64,000 bases of DNA from Octopus sinensis (GCF_006345805.1 NC_043008.1:8680001-8744000); one strand, 5' to 3'. Positions 38,020-52,114 are shown, counted from the stretch's first letter. A program made the numbers and translations. The notes: generated by a model not told the origin, from the letters alone.

Positions 38020-38988
38020 ACTAATAAACATAATAAATGACAATGAAAGACAAAGAAAAGAAAAGGAAGAGAACGAGACAGAATTTAGAACATATTTCCA
38101 TTTCTATCTGAGAACAAGAAGATTTGATGAATTTCTGCTGAAGTCAGATGTCAGTGAAATGTCAAATGTCGACCTGGCCCCTTCTTCAATACCCTTCTTT
38201 CTCCCATCTGCCATCATGCAGAGAATATTGAATACGACTCTACGATGGTGCGTGATGGAGAATATTTTAGAAGTAGTTATATTTAATTTTTGATAAATCG
38301 ATGAAGCTTAGAGTGAAGTACTACATAGGCCTGAGAGACGAATTAATGATTCATAGTTTTTCTGCCGTTGCATACGAGGTTCATGTCAGTACGATGCAGA
38401 ATGCGATATACGAAATGAATTCTGCGAAGAGGATTTACTGAATGCATTTCCTAACTAATAATAACCTTTATTTTTCTGCGTCGCTTCTTTCTTTCGTTTA
38501 ATTCTTTTTGCTATTTTCATATCGAAATATAACACAGCAATGTGTCAAAGATTATATTTTTGAATATTGAGAATTGTATGCGATGCTATCAGCTTGTTCT
38601 TCTTTGTGTTCGTCGTTTGATTTGTTATGAGAAAGTGTGCAGAAACCAACAGGTGCAGATATAAATTAATATGATAGCATTTTAGGATGGAATAAATATT
38701 GTTATAAAATAAAATAGCTTTTTGTTAGGCAGAAACTTGATCTCAAATATGTTGAGTAACAAAATAAGGCAACCAAAGACTAAATCCAATAGAAACCTTT
38801 TAATATTTGAGCTACGAAAATCGATAGCACATCGAACATTAAAAATTTAAACTACAAACGAAATTTGTGATTAACGTAGGGTTTAGAATCACTAGATACC
38901 CAAAATTGTTTACAAAAATACCGCCATCTTTATAGCGTAGCGCAAGTTCATACATCATGTGTAGTGATAATTGATATAATGAAAGAGG

Positions 38989-39294
38989 GTGAAAGCGAAT
39001 GGCTTAGTATTTAGGGTGTTCGACTATCGATCAAAAGGTCGTGAGTTCAATTCCCGGCGATGTCTTGTGTCCGCGAGCAAGAAAATTTATTTCACTTTGC
39101 TCCAGTCCATTCAGCTGACAAAAATGAATTGTACCTATAATTCAATGGGCCAGGTTTGTCGCATTCTGTGTCACACTGAATTTCCCTCAGAACTACCATA
39201 AATGCACACATGACCTGCACGTTAATTTTACAAGCAGGCCGTTCTGTTGGTCGGATCAACTAGAACCCTCGCCGTCGTAACCGACGGAGTGTCA
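38989..39294 (+). mobile_element. tRNA-derived SINE, family C (CORE-like central domain)
   Basis: gtgaaagcgaatggcttagt...gagttcaattcccgg...gagcaagaaaatttatttcactttgctccagtccattcagctg. Homologous to 42503-42822. Confidence 0.8.
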
Positions 39295-39502
39295 ATGAAA
39301 GAGGATATTGAATACTCCTATATGGAAAATAATTAACATACACCAATATTCTCGTCGAGTAATTAGTCACTGACGAAAATAAATTAGTAAAAGAATTTCA
39401 TCTATTAATAGTCTAAGATTGTTGTTGACCTTAAAATACATGGATGTTCGGCATATTCACGTTCTCCTAATTTGTTTTGCTACTATATATTCAGCAGTAG
39501 AA

Positions 39503-40006
39503 GGCGGTGAGCTGGCAGAATTGTTAGCACGCCGGGGGAAACGCTTAACAGTATTTCGGTTGTCGTTTCGTTCTGAGTTCAAATTCCGCCGATGTCGACT
39601 GTGCCTTTCATCCTTTCGGGGTCGATTAAATAAGTACCACTTACGCACTGGGGTCGATGGTCGATGTAATCGCCTTAATCCCTTTGTCAGTACTTGTTTG
39701 TCCCCTCTATGTTTAGCTCCTTGTGGGCAGTACAGAAATATATATTCAGTAATCGACTTAATACGCTTGTCTATCCTTGTTTGTCCCTTCTATGTTTAGC
39801 CCCTTGTGGGTAATAAAGTAATAGGTATTTCGTCTGTCGTTGCGTTCTGAGTTCAAATTCCGCCAAGATAGACTTTGCTTTTCATCCTTTCGGGGTCGAT
39901 TAAATAAGTACCATTTACGCACTGGGGTCGATGTAATCGTCTTAATCCCTTTGTCTGTACTTGTTTGTCCCCTCAATGTTTAGCCCCTTGTGGACAGTAA
40001 AGAAAT
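39503..40006 (+). mobile_element. SINE family B multimer (one full unit, a partial tail repeat and a second body)
   Basis: Same gtaataaagtaatag|gtatttcgtc junction at about 39824. Confidence 0.85.
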
Positions 40007-41119
40007 ATATATTCAGCAGTTGGTCAATACTTCCACGTTTTACTCGACAGCCAACATTCTATTCAGGAATACATTTCACCGATCTGTCAAATATTGAAAG
40101 ATTTCTTTCACATTATTACAAGAATCTAAGTATAAAGTTACGAAATTTCAAGTTTACTCTATTTATGCCAATGTTTTCCCTATCAACATTATCTATTTTC
40201 TGTTTAGCTAGTCGGATTTTTGAGAGCTTCTTTTGATTTAAAGCATAGAAACTGTAGCAACAGTGGTTATGCTTCATTTTACAACAGATATGATACGCAT
40301 GTAATCAATCATCATTATTTTCTTATTTTCCTAAAGCTGTTTGAATAATTGATATTGGTTTCATTACAGAAAATATCACATTGAATCGTAGTGTTAAAAT
40401 TATTATTAATTTTTCATGCCTCACTTAAGCTTTCGTATTGCCATTGATGTTATTTATGATAAGGGGGGAAAGTTATTCGTTTCATATTGCGAAGTTTGGT
40501 TAGCTTTCTATTTCTCTTTATATCATTCATATGAAATTAAAACACTCTTTTGTCAAATATAAGGAGGAAGCAATTTTAGCGAGAGACATTGTGAATCCAT
40601 AGGATAAACTTTCATGTATGTTTGTGCATCTGCTAACGTAAACATGAGCACATACAGGTATATTTGTTTTCCCATACACTGCTATAAACGCAGCAGAAAA
40701 GAGGTAGCATCAAATAAAATTCTGTTTCTTCAAATTGAATTGTATGAAATGAATTTTCCATATAGTTTCATAATTCCGATATTTCATTGATCTTCACTTT
40801 GGTTTCGTTTGTTTAACTTAAGCCTTCTTAAAATACCGTTTGAAATGTTGTAATTTATGGACAATTGATCGAACTCAATAATTCATTTAATTTTTATTAT
40901 ACATCTCGATTTAGTTTTCACAAAGGTTTTATTGCAATAAGTATAAAGGACAATGGGAAAATTATATTCAATAATCAAACACATAATTAAATGTTACTGG
41001 TTCACATTTTATGGTTCTCAAAAACCAAGAGGAAAAAAATATATATTAATAAACTATTGAGAAAAGATTAAATATGTTAAGAAATATTTTCGTATCGTTA
41101 GTTGTTCTGTAGAAGGAGG

Positions 41120-41340
41120 TTACTGCAAATATTTGTATTGGAAATATTAAATTCTAGGGAGAACCTTTTCTAGGTCACTTAATTACATGATTTCTGGCGA
41201 ACTGGTAAATATGCCTGCTTCTCTGAATGTCGTATTAAGAGAATCTGTCCATGTTTATGCGGATACGAAGGGGAAGTGATTAGTGCAATTATAATGTTTG
41301 AGGCATAAGATGTTGGAAACTTATAATATCAATATTGAAT
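41120..41340 (+). mobile_element. Possible hAT (Buster/Charlie-like) transposase remnant
   Basis: NYMI..LA...NMPASLNVVLRESVHV resembles HCMIHREALA.K.MP.SL..VL...V. Heavily decayed. Confidence 0.3.
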
Positions 41341-41954
41341 TTAGCTAGTTCAAATGCTGCTGAAGAGAGCGTGAAGAAGAGACAGACAGAGAGACAGAAA
41401 GAAAGAGAGAAAGAAGTTTCGCCGATACTCATCTCAAGCGAGTAAATATTACAATTGAGATGAGCAGAGCAATTTCAAGTAAAGTGTTTTATCGAGGTCA
41501 GATGATGCAGCTCGGTCTATGAACTGAATTGATAGTCTTTGATCCCGACCATAATACTCAACCCATTAGATTACAGGTAGTGTTAACAGCTTAGAAGTCT
41601 TTACTTTGCGACCTCTGATCAATAATCTTTAGTTGTAAAGAGGCTAACAGTGGCTCATAACTCATTTCCCCAGTGATCGTTGTCATCGATACAATTACAT
41701 TTTCCAACATTCTGTGTTTCATCATAATTCATTACTTTATTGATTTCTTCACCAAAATGTTGCACCCATTATACTCCTCCCCAAGGCTTCTGAACTTGAT
41801 TCTAATTTATACTAACCCTTTGATTCAGATGTACAGGTCTTGTTTTAGAACTACCATATCTAAAACTCTCACCTCTGTAGTTGTTTCGTATTGTCCTAAA
41901 GTCAGATACACTCAGAGGAGCCATAGTTGAATCTGTTTTTGTCATTTTTTCAAG

Positions 41955-42085
41955 ACTTATACACGCCCCGATACCGTCGGAATCGACTTATCAAATTTGA
42001 GCGCATAGGGATGGAGGATGTCCGAGATCCTTGAAGACACACACACACACAGACGGACAGACAGAACGGATTTTATATAATAGAT
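41955..42085 (+). mobile_element. Possible non-autonomous Helitron/Helentron-type (HINE-like) end
   Basis: aaatttgagcgcatagg...cacacacagacggacagacagaacggattttatataatagat matches the recalled architecture of such ends. Confidence 0.4.
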
Positions 42086-42100
42086 ATATGTGTATGTATG

Positions 42101-42166
<66 letters not shown>

Positions 42167-42216
42167 TGTATGTATGTATGTATGTATGTATGTATGTATG
42201 TATGTATGTATGTATG
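42086..42216. repeat. (TATG)n microsatellite
   Basis: Direct reading. Confidence 0.95.
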
Positions 42217-42371
42217 CATCTATATCGAAAATGGCTGATATTGCGTTTGATTTCTCTGGTGCCGAAAACTAATGAAGAATTGTTGACCTTCAGTGTTTTC
42301 TGTCCGCTTGTGTATTTAATATATGTTCGTTTGTTTATTTACTACACGTTTTATTTTAAATTATATATATA

Positions 42372-42412
<41 letters not shown>

Positions 42413-42502
42413 TAGGTCATATTTTCCATTAGTATTCCCTTTATTTAATCCAGAAAAAATAATATATATATACAAGTATACATTTACATATATTGTTAAA
42501 TC

Positions 42503-42822
42503 GTGAAGGTTTGTGGCTTAGTGGTTAAGGCATTCGGCTCATAATCATAAGGTTATGAGTTCAATTCCCGGTGATGCATTGTGTCCTTGAGCAAGAAACT
42601 TTATTTCATGTTGCTCCAGTCCAAGCAGCTGGCAAAAATGAGTAGTACCTGTAATTCAAACGGGTCCAGCCTTTTCACACTCTGTGTCACGCTAAATCCT
42701 CTTGAGAACTGCGTTAATGGTACACGAGTCTGTGGAATACTCAGCCTATTGCACGTTAAAATGCACCAGCAAGCTGTTCCGTTGATCGGGTCAACTGGGA
42801 CCATTGTCGTCGTAACCGTCAG
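42503..42822 (+). mobile_element. SINE family C copy
   Basis: A box ggcttagtggttaagg, B box gagttcaattccc, central gtgtccttgagcaag...ttgctccagtcca. Confidence 0.85.
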
Positions 42823-42850
42823 AATGGTCTTTTAATATTTATACATACAT

Positions 42851-43250
42851 GGCGCAGGGGTGGCTGTGTGGTAAGTAGCTTGTTTACCAACCACACGGTT
42901 CCGGGCTCAGTCCCACTGCGTGGCACCTTGGGCAAGTGTCTTCTACTATAGCCTCGGGCCGACCAGAGCCTTGTGAGTGGATTTGGTAGACGGAAACTGA
43001 AAGAAGCCTGTCGTATATATGTATATATATATGTATGCGTGTGTGTGTTTGTGTGTCCCCCTAGCATTGCTTGATAACCGATGCTGGTGTGTTTATGTCC
43101 CCGTTACTCAGCGGTTCGGCAAAAGAGACCGATAGAATAAGTGCTGGGCTTACAAAAGAATAAGTGCCGGGGTCGATTTGCTCGATTAAAGGCAGTGCTC
43201 CAGCATGGCCGCAGTCAAATGACTGAAACAAGTAAAAGAGTAAAAGAGTA
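42851..43250 (+). mobile_element. SINE family A, full length
   Basis: Collinear with the other family A copies. Confidence 0.9.
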
Positions 43251-43535
43251 TGTAGACAGATATTCACTTAAGAGTACAGGCACATACTTCAAAACGCAGT
43301 ACGCCTTTTGTATGTTACTGTTTCTTAAGTGGTTTGGCACGAAACCCCTGCTCCTTCGGTCTGTGATGTACTTTATCAGCTCTAAAGAAGCTATAAAACA
43401 TCTATTATCTAAACACACTTAAACAGGAACTCGTATGTATGTATACATTTAATTATATATATATATATATAAAACATATATACATACATGCACACGAATA
43501 TACAATATGTATGTATGTATGTATGTATATATATA

Positions 43536-43590
<55 letters not shown>

Positions 43591-44095
43591 CAAAATATGA
43601 AAACTAGACATGATATGTACTTCAGAAATTCTTCTTTGGCTTACTGAATACATCTTAAGATTTATTATAATGTCTAGTCAAGTGAAAAGAATTCAGGCAA
43701 TTACGCCATCTTAGATTTATAGGGCCCAAAGCAATGAGGTTTCCTAAAATTCAAGCTATTCCATGATCCTCGCAAATAGGAATAGACAGAATCGTCTTTA
43801 ACCCTAAAACTATATGGTGCAATATGATTCTAAACAGGTGGAAATATGCCTGGAGCATATTCAAACAGGTCGAAAGATTATATACTTTATTATAATTTCA
43901 TATATTTAGTCATGCCGGAAAAGAAATAATTTTCTTTTACTCGTTTTGTATGAGGAAGAAAGTTGAGAGGAAAGACTGCAAAATATTTGAGATTTACCTA
44001 TTATTTTATCGCCTTAGATTGTAACGTAAAACTATAGTGAAGTTTGTATTATGAATACAGAAATAAAACTAAAATTTATGCTACATTTAACCCTA

Positions 44096-44298
44096 GGCGT
44101 AGGAGCGGCTGTGTGGTAAGTAGCTTGGAGCAAATGTCTTCTGCTATTGCCTCAGGCCGACCAAATCCTTGTGAGTGGATTTGGTAGACGGAAACTATAT
44201 ATATATACATATACATAAATACTATATATATCAAGAAACATAGCACTCTTATACATATATACTATATATATATATACATATATACGACGGGCTTCGTA

Positions 44299-44367
<69 letters not shown>

Positions 44368-44389
44368 TGGTGTGTGTGTGTGTGTGTGT

Positions 44390-44466
<77 letters not shown>

Positions 44467-44660
44467 CTACGTTCGTCCTCCTTGACAACCGATACTGGTG
44501 TGTTTACGTCCACGTAACTTAGCGTTTCGGAAAAAGTAAACGATAGAATATGTACTAGCCTTACAAAGGATAAGTCCAGGGATCGATTTGCTCGACTAAA
44601 GGCGCTGCTCCAGCATGGCCACAGTCAAATGACTGAAACAATTAAAAGAGAGTAAAAGAG
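44096..44660 (+). mobile_element. SINE family A with head deletion and expanded internal (TG)n
   Basis: Head ggcgtaggagcggctgtgtggtaag jumps to gcaaatgtcttct. Internal TA/TG tract about 270 bp. Standard tail. Confidence 0.85.
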
Positions 44661-44821
44661 ACTAGGATTACATTTATTTCCTACCTTTTCTTTCAACTTA
44701 CCTGCTGAAAATGTGTCCTGTCGTTCGCTCAAAAACACCAACTAAATTCCCATTTAATAATTCTGTTCTGTCGTAGGACAATGAAAATGTGGATATAATT
44801 ACAGTTACAATATCCTTGATA

Positions 44822-45260
44822 GGTGCAGGAGTGGCTGTGTGGTAAGTAGCTTGCTTACCACCCACATGGTTCCAGGTTCAGTCCCACTGCATGGCCCCTT
44901 GGGCAAGTGTCTTCTACTATAGCCTCGGGCCGACTAAAGCATTGTGAGTGGATTTGGTAGACGGAAACTGAAAGAAGCCCGTCGATATATGTATATATAT
45001 ATATATATATTATATATATATATATACATATGTGTGTATGTATATGTTTGTGCGTCTGTGTTTATCCCCCCAACATCGCTTGACAGCCGATGCTGGCGTG
45101 TTTGCGTCACTGTCACTAAGCGGTTCGGCGAAAGAGTCCGATAGAATAAGTACTAGGCTTACAAAGAATAAGTCCTGGGATCGATGTGCTCGACTAAAGG
45201 CGGTGCTCCAGCATGGCCGCAGTCAAATGACTGAAACAAATAAACGATAAAAGATAAATA
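44822..45260 (+). mobile_element. SINE family A, full length
   Basis: Collinear with 42851-43250. Confidence 0.9.
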
Positions 45261-47074
45261 AAAAGCGATGGTATGGCTATTAGTGCTATGTTTCTTGATC
45301 AAACAGTTAGAAGCGTTTCATCACAACTGACAAACGAACAGCTGAACAGTATCTGTCAGAGTTATTGAAAGTGTGGATGGTGTGTCATGACCTACAAATC
45401 CACCTTAACTCTTTCGTCTTACTTCAGGTACAAGATTACAATTTATAATGTAGAAATAGTATAAGCGACACTCATATTAAGCTTGTTTACGAATATTATT
45501 TGTAATAGTTTTAACTGTGGGGAATCCGATTCGCACGTATTGAAAAATATCGTGCTTACTTCAGTCTATATTACTGAGAAAATAAATGACAGAACATTTT
45601 GGAAGTTAGAAAAAATGCATATATCGGTCCAAGAAGAATATGGCTATCATGAATAAGATCATAATTCCAAATCTAACAAAACTATGTGTATAGAATATGT
45701 CACTTAAGAAGTGAACTTGCCTGAACTATCCTAAATTTTTAGCTTTTGCTCTCAGTTTCAGAGTAAAAAATTATTTCGGTGCACAATGTTGTCTTTAGAT
45801 AAATTGTGATAAATTCTAATCTGCTATGACATTTCTGCTCCGTATATTTTTGTTTGGTTAATATATCAATCTTAATGTTAACCTAAATCCAGTTACACTA
45901 CCTGACATGTTTCTCACACTTTATCTCCTTCATCAAACACAGTGTTATGGTAACCATGTTGTTAAATTGCATCATGCGTAATTTAATAGAGATATCATGC
46001 TAAGTTAATCTTTAAAACCAAAGAACGCGGCAATATTTTTTAATGCTAGATTCTAACACGAGCACATTGCTAGTACTAAATTCAATAGAGAAAGTCGTTG
46101 TTGGATATTTAGCTGTACTGTATATGTCTACCTAAATGATTTATAAAATTCATGTTCACAATTCTCGTTTCAATGAAGAATATTCTTCGTTTGGATGATG
46201 CACTCATACTGCAGCCTATAAAAGTAGCTCTAGCCAACTTGGATATGGTTCGATATGACATAAATACAATTCATATCGTAATAATTAATTTATTATATTG
46301 ATATATGGCCATAAATCAAGAGGGAAATTCTTCTAATTCAATAAATCTCAGAACACATATGGTATTAGAGAATGAATCAGGCATATGTACGACAAAGTGA
46401 AGTTTTAGTACAACATAAAGTGAAAAGTTGGAGAGATTAAGTTAAATATTTGTCATTCTATATGGAATCAATTACTTTGGATGTTACTCTTAGTATGTAG
46501 CTATTATCTATTTTTCCATATTTTTCTATCTAGATTATGCTTCTCACCACCCAGAAATCTACCAATAGTTATCTTTTGCTTTCACAGTACTATACAACGC
46601 TAAAGTTCACGATATTAAAGTCATTTATCTCAATTTGTAATAACAGCCTCCCAAAATAAAAACGCAAGGCATAATTGACAAGCGTTTATGTTCCTCAGCT
46701 ACAACCAGAACCTTGTTCTGATTTTTCTGTTCTCTCTCAATAGTGTTACTCTATACATCAATATGAATACGAAAGTAAAAGTAAAAATCTCTGCATTAGA
46801 TAATTCTTCCTCTCTGACTGATTCTAATACAATAACTCTGATATCGTGATGTATATTTGCCACCTAAAAGTGGCTGACCCATTAGAGACGGCTAGCTATT
46901 GACGTACTCTCTGTGCCCTATCAGTATTTGCAAAGGGAGACCATCGTTCACAGCAGCTTCTTTTTGGTGCAAACTATACATCATGGTGTCGTACTGCTAC
47001 TGTTTATATCTCGCTCAGAGATTTATTATTGCTTAATTCTACTATAGTGTGTGCGTGTGTCTGTGTGGGAGACA

Positions 47075-47200
47075 AGAAGCTTGTTTCCCAACCAAGTAGT
47101 TCTAGGTTCATTCCTCTTGCTTGGCACATTGGTATAGCCAATGGACGACCAAACCGTTGTTAGTAATTTGGTAGACGAAGAGTGTGAGAGAAGTCCGTTA
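47075..47200 (+). mobile_element. Decayed SINE family A head
   Basis: agcttgtttcccaacca...aggttca..cc...ttggca...gaccaaa...atttggtagacg. Confidence 0.55.
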
Positions 47201-47253
47201 TAATATATATATATATATGCAACGGGCTTATTTGTGTATAGACATATATATAT

Positions 47254-47322
<69 letters not shown>

Positions 47323-47326
<4 letters not shown>

Positions 47327-47621
47327 TATATGGGTATAGGACGTTCCAAAACGTATACAACATGAAATACGAAGACAGACTTGGGTGTGCAAACAACAAC
47401 AGAAAGAAATAGAAAACAAGACAGGTAACATAAAGAACGACCCTTCATCAGTTGTCGGCTGTCCACCTTCTCCTCCTTTCGAACATTAAATGAGTAGGTG
47501 GGTAGCCGACAACTGATGAATGGTCGTTGTTTTCCATTTCTTTCTCTCGTTGTTTTCATACCCAAGCTTGTCTTCGCATTTCACGTTGTATACGCTTTGT
47601 GACGTCCTGTACCCATATATG

Positions 47622-47623
<2 letters not shown>
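47323..47623. mobile_element. ~300-bp foldback / MITE-like palindrome inside (TA)n
   Basis: Arms 47323-47470 and 47492-47623 are reverse complements, e.g. tgggta.aggacgt...cgtatacaac.tgaaat.cgaagaca and ttcatcagttgtcggct. The left arm has an extra ~18 nt. Confidence 0.85.
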
Positions 47624-47702
<79 letters not shown>

Positions 47703-49253
47703 TTGTGTGTATGTATGTATTAAATATATATATACGTTCCAAATGACTTTGCCTAAAATATTTCTTGTTCATATTTGTTTCACTGCTCACCGAACACCAT
47801 AAAACATTATGCACTTTCCGATTGTAACATTCGATCCGCATTCTAAGTATTTATCCTACATATTTTCTCTTTAAAAACATAGGCATTGATGATTTCAGTG
47901 CATGTAATTATTTTACAGCAACTATCGCTTGTAACAGATATGCTCCACATCTTATTCGAATTTTGCTGAGGAAATCATAGAATATATTATTCAATATTTC
48001 ACCACCTGAATCTCTCACAAACCTAAAAGGTGCGACCTCAGAATGCATACATTTTACACAAACGGCTACAAATTGCTCCCAAGGAAGCCAAAAGCATTTT
48101 TCTGTTCACTCATCTGACGATTAAATTTCGTAAAATTCGATTGCCTATAAAGGAAATCATGCGTTCTGCCTATCACGCTGCGTAGAAGCTTTTTCAACTA
48201 CCAAGTACGATCAGGATTTCTATTCACTTGACAACTTCACAGGGGCATCATACGCATCACTTCTCTGCAGAACTGTATTATCTGACGGCTTTGATTCCTA
48301 GATCCATACGCTTAAATAGAACAAACCACATCGCTTCGCTTTCTTAAAAGCGCTTTCATCGACATTATAAAGAGATAGTTAGCAAGTGTGAAAAACTATC
48401 CTTCCTTGCTCATACCTTTCTCTATAATTCTTTTTAAATATCAACCGCATTACCAGAATGCCTTAAACGTCACGACGTGTAAATGATGTATCACAGCTAC
48501 CCAACTGTCTCAAAACAATAATCGTTAAGCTTTCGCTTCAAAACCTGTAATAAGGGAATATATATGTATATACATTGTGTTTATGCGTGTAGTTGGATGT
48601 GCATATGTGTATGGATGTATACTCGTAGCTGGACACTGTATCAATGTCTTTGCTTTACTGTCCTGTTTACAAAGGCAATAGATTGATGCCCTGTCCACCA
48701 AACTAAACCCCGTTTGACGTAAATAACATAAAAGTAGCAAAACAAATATATATTTACTATCTTCCATTCAGTGTATGGATTTTCATCTCTGTCCTTCTCG
48801 CCTTTCCTTTATATCGTTCCTCTCTTAACATTTTCATCTTATTTGTCTTCTGTTTGTCTTTTTCTGAAATAATTCCTTGCTTATTCATAAAATATATCAC
48901 TGATCTATATAAGCATATAGATGCAGCATAGATCTTACTGTATTTTGTGCTGGTAATACAGAAAAGAAATTGTCAATCATTTCTGTGCAACAGCTTCTGA
49001 AACATGCATGTGTTACATAAAGTTTAAAAACATCAATTATACTTTCTGCGTTCCTTATTACTATATATACATATATTAATGTTTGTTTTTATGTCGATTT
49101 ATAATAAAAACAATTTTACATTAATTTGAAGTTTTACTTTGTGTAGAGTTCATTTTGTTTTATTCTTTACGAAGAATAATGCTGACACGGACTTCGAGGT
49201 TTCAGGCCGGCTTGGCCTCCACCGACTTCGAACTAACCATCAACACTATTCTT

Positions 49254-49483
49254 ATTTCTTTATTGCCCACTAGGGGCTAAGCACAGAGGGAACAAACAAG
49301 GACAGGCAAACGGATTAAGTCGATTACATCAACCCCATTCCTTAACTGGTACTCAATTTATCGACCCCGAAAGAATGAAAGGCAAAGTCGACCTCGGCGG
49401 AATTTAAAATCAGAACGTAACGGCATACGAAATACTACTAAGCATTTCGTCCGGCCTGCTAACGTTTCTGCCAGCTCGCCGCC
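49254..49483 (-). mobile_element. SINE family B monomer with ~18-bp TSD
   Basis: Minus strand ggcggcgagctggcagaaacgttagcaggccggacg... accat(c/t)aacactattctt occurs at 49236-49253 and 49502-49519. Confidence 0.9.
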
Positions 49484-50229
49484 TTTAAACACTATTTAAA
49501 CACCATTAACACTATTCTTGCTAAAGGTTAATGTGTGTATTGGCAGATAGATGTGTGTTTGTGTGCTCCATTCCCATTGAGTATTTCACAACACTACACA
49601 TCGTGTTCGTAATAAATAATACTAACATAATTACAAGACCAAAGCAGTTCAATCGATACATATACTTTACTGATAATTAAAGAGTTGACCGCAGTTAATA
49701 AATTATCTTATATACAGTGTGTTTTTATGAAAGACACTTTTTTGACGTGAATGTTTATATTTTACCATTATCGCAATTAACTTCCTAATCCGACGTCAAA
49801 TTCTATATTATATATATATAACCAATTAGTTCTGATTTATATATTGGCAATTTCTAAAATCTAGACTTTAAATATAATAAGTGTTGATATAAATATCAAT
49901 ATTTCTTTTTAAGTATGTATTTCAAAAATATTAAGACATTGACCAGTATTCTGCCTTTCTAATCAATGCTTCATTAAAAAAGACATATGCCGCCCTACGA
50001 ATACCGTTTTTCTAAGAATGCCACTTGACGAGTGTCCCTTAGAAGACGATTGTTCGTAAATACAGGCACGAGTACATGAATATATTTACATATGAATATA
50101 CATAGATATAAATATATAAGTTATTATATGTAAAATATAAAGTTGAGATATATAAAATATACATGTGTGAAATACACATATATATATAAATGTATAAGTA
50201 TATATATATATATATATAAAATATCTATA

Positions 50230-51373
50230 AAACCACCGTCAAAATCTTGTTTATTTTTGTGTTTTTTATTTATTATTAGTGTTACTTAATATGTTTTGCT
50301 AACATTGCTGTTTCTTTTCAGATATCATTAGGAAAAGGAAATTAAAATTCGTCAAAATGACAGATCTATCGGACTGGTCAATTTCTTGGTGTTCGTATGA
50401 TAGGCGCTAGCGTAATGAAAAGCCGAAAGGTTTAGCGTATCAAGAAGTACTGTCTGGAAAGTAATGAGGAAGAGGGAAAAACCTCCTCGTCGAAACAAAA
50501 CTCCGGAAGAAAACCAAAAATGTTAGACTGGGACCGTCGGATTATTACACGAAACGTTAGAAAGGATCACAAAAGAACAGCGCCCAAAATTACTGCAGAT
50601 CCTAATGATCACCGGGAGCTGCACAAAGCCGGTTTTCACGGATCAGAAAAACCACTATTTTCAAAAACAAACGTTGCAAAGCGTTTAGAGTGGAGTAAAA
50701 GCCTGTAGTATTGCTCCCTAGAGCAGTGGAAGAATGTTATTATCTCGGACGAATCATCTTTACCCTATTTCCGACTACCCAACGAGTATACGTGTGGGGA
50801 CAACCAAAATAAGCATTTAACCCAGAGTGCCTTCTTCTAACTGTTAAACATGGAGGAGGATCTGTTATGATCTGGGGGCGGGGGCTATTTCTTGGAAATC
50901 CCCTGGCCCAATGGTTTCTTTTCATGGCAGAATTAATAGTTATGATTATTTAAGCATTTTATCTGATCAAATTCATCCTATGGTTGCGGAACTGTTTCCG
51001 GAGGGAAACGCAATCTTTCAGGATGATAATGCACCAATTCACACAGCGAAGGTTGTTACTGAATTGCACGTGGAACATTCTGGTGAAGTGGACCATCCTT
51101 TCTGGCCACTACAGTCCCCATATCTCAAAATAATTGAACATTTATGGTGAATTTTAGAAAAACAAGTAAGCAGTCAATATTCCCCACCGTAATCACTACA
51201 AGAACTGGAGACTGTTTTCGCTCAAGAATGGACAAAGATTCCTTTAGAAACAATTCAAACTTTGTACGAGACCATATCTCAGAATTCAAGCTGTAATTAC
51301 TGTCAAAGGCATATTAAAATAAATGTATTTGAAATTTTAAGGTGTTTCCATTATTTTGTCCAATCGCTGTGTA
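50230..51373 (+). mobile_element. Tc1-family DNA transposon, near-complete but decayed transposase; 3' TIR intact, 5' TIR lost
   Basis: ATG at 50357 (MTDLS), SGRKPK HTH linker, KPLFS, WKNVIISDES, TVKHGGGSVMIWG, IFQDDNAPIHTA, WP.QSP.L.IIEHLW (DD34E), stop about 51315. TIR ggtgtttccattattttgtccaatcgctg at 51341-51369. Confidence 0.92.
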
Positions 51374-51409
51374 TATACATTGATATTTTTCGGGACCAGA
51401 AAAATATTT

Positions 51410-51520
51410 AGGATCGTCTGACGAACGGTTACGTGTAACACTGAGCGGCAGTTTGTAAAAGACTTCTCAGCTTCAATAGAGTAATATTTCACTCTGCTTT
51501 TGGTATTCGAGCAATATTTT
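51410..51520 (+). mobile_element. Family H2 repeat, copy 3
   Basis: CTGACGA-acg(gtta)cgt-GTAAC... followed by sequence homologous to the reverse complement of 2900-2980. Confidence 0.6.
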
Positions 51521-51784
51521 CTCCTCTTTTCTCCTCTCTGTTCTGCACTTATGTGCTCTCTCTCTCTCTCTCTCCTCTCTCTGTTTCACTCTCGCTCTCT
51601 CTCTCACACTCACACACACTCACACATATGTACAAATGTGCATGCCTGAACACACACAGATATATATATACATATATGTATATATACACATACATACGTA
51701 TATATACATATATTCATACATAATATAGATATATACATTTATATACTTATACAGATATAGATATATACATCTATATATATAAAC

Positions 51785-51815
<31 letters not shown>

Positions 51816-52114
51816 GGCACACATACATATATATACATACAGAGAGAGAGGGGGGACAGAGAGAGAGAGTGAAAGAGAGACAGTGTGTGTGTGTGTGTGG
51901 TGTGTGTGTGTGTGTGTGTTGTGTGTGTGTGAAAGAGAGAACTCAAGGAAGTAGATGCCAGACAGAATGATAGAGAGAGGGGACGAGAGAAATGGATAAA
52001 TGATATATACATTACTTCACGTTTCTGACACTTGTAAGAAATGTCTAAAGCATATACGTATATATATATATATATAGGTATCACTACTAGCTGCATTCCT
52101 GGTGTGTAATCTAT

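Noticed and set aside
38160-38290. KCRPGPFFNTLLSPIC resembling a chitin-binding (CBM14) cysteine motif
   Set aside because: There is an upstream in-frame stop, only two cysteines, and no splice support.
49185-49232. Minus-strand aggcc(aagcc)ggcct-gaaac...gtc as a hammerhead
   Set aside because: The CUGANGA box has too many mismatches and stem I is absent.
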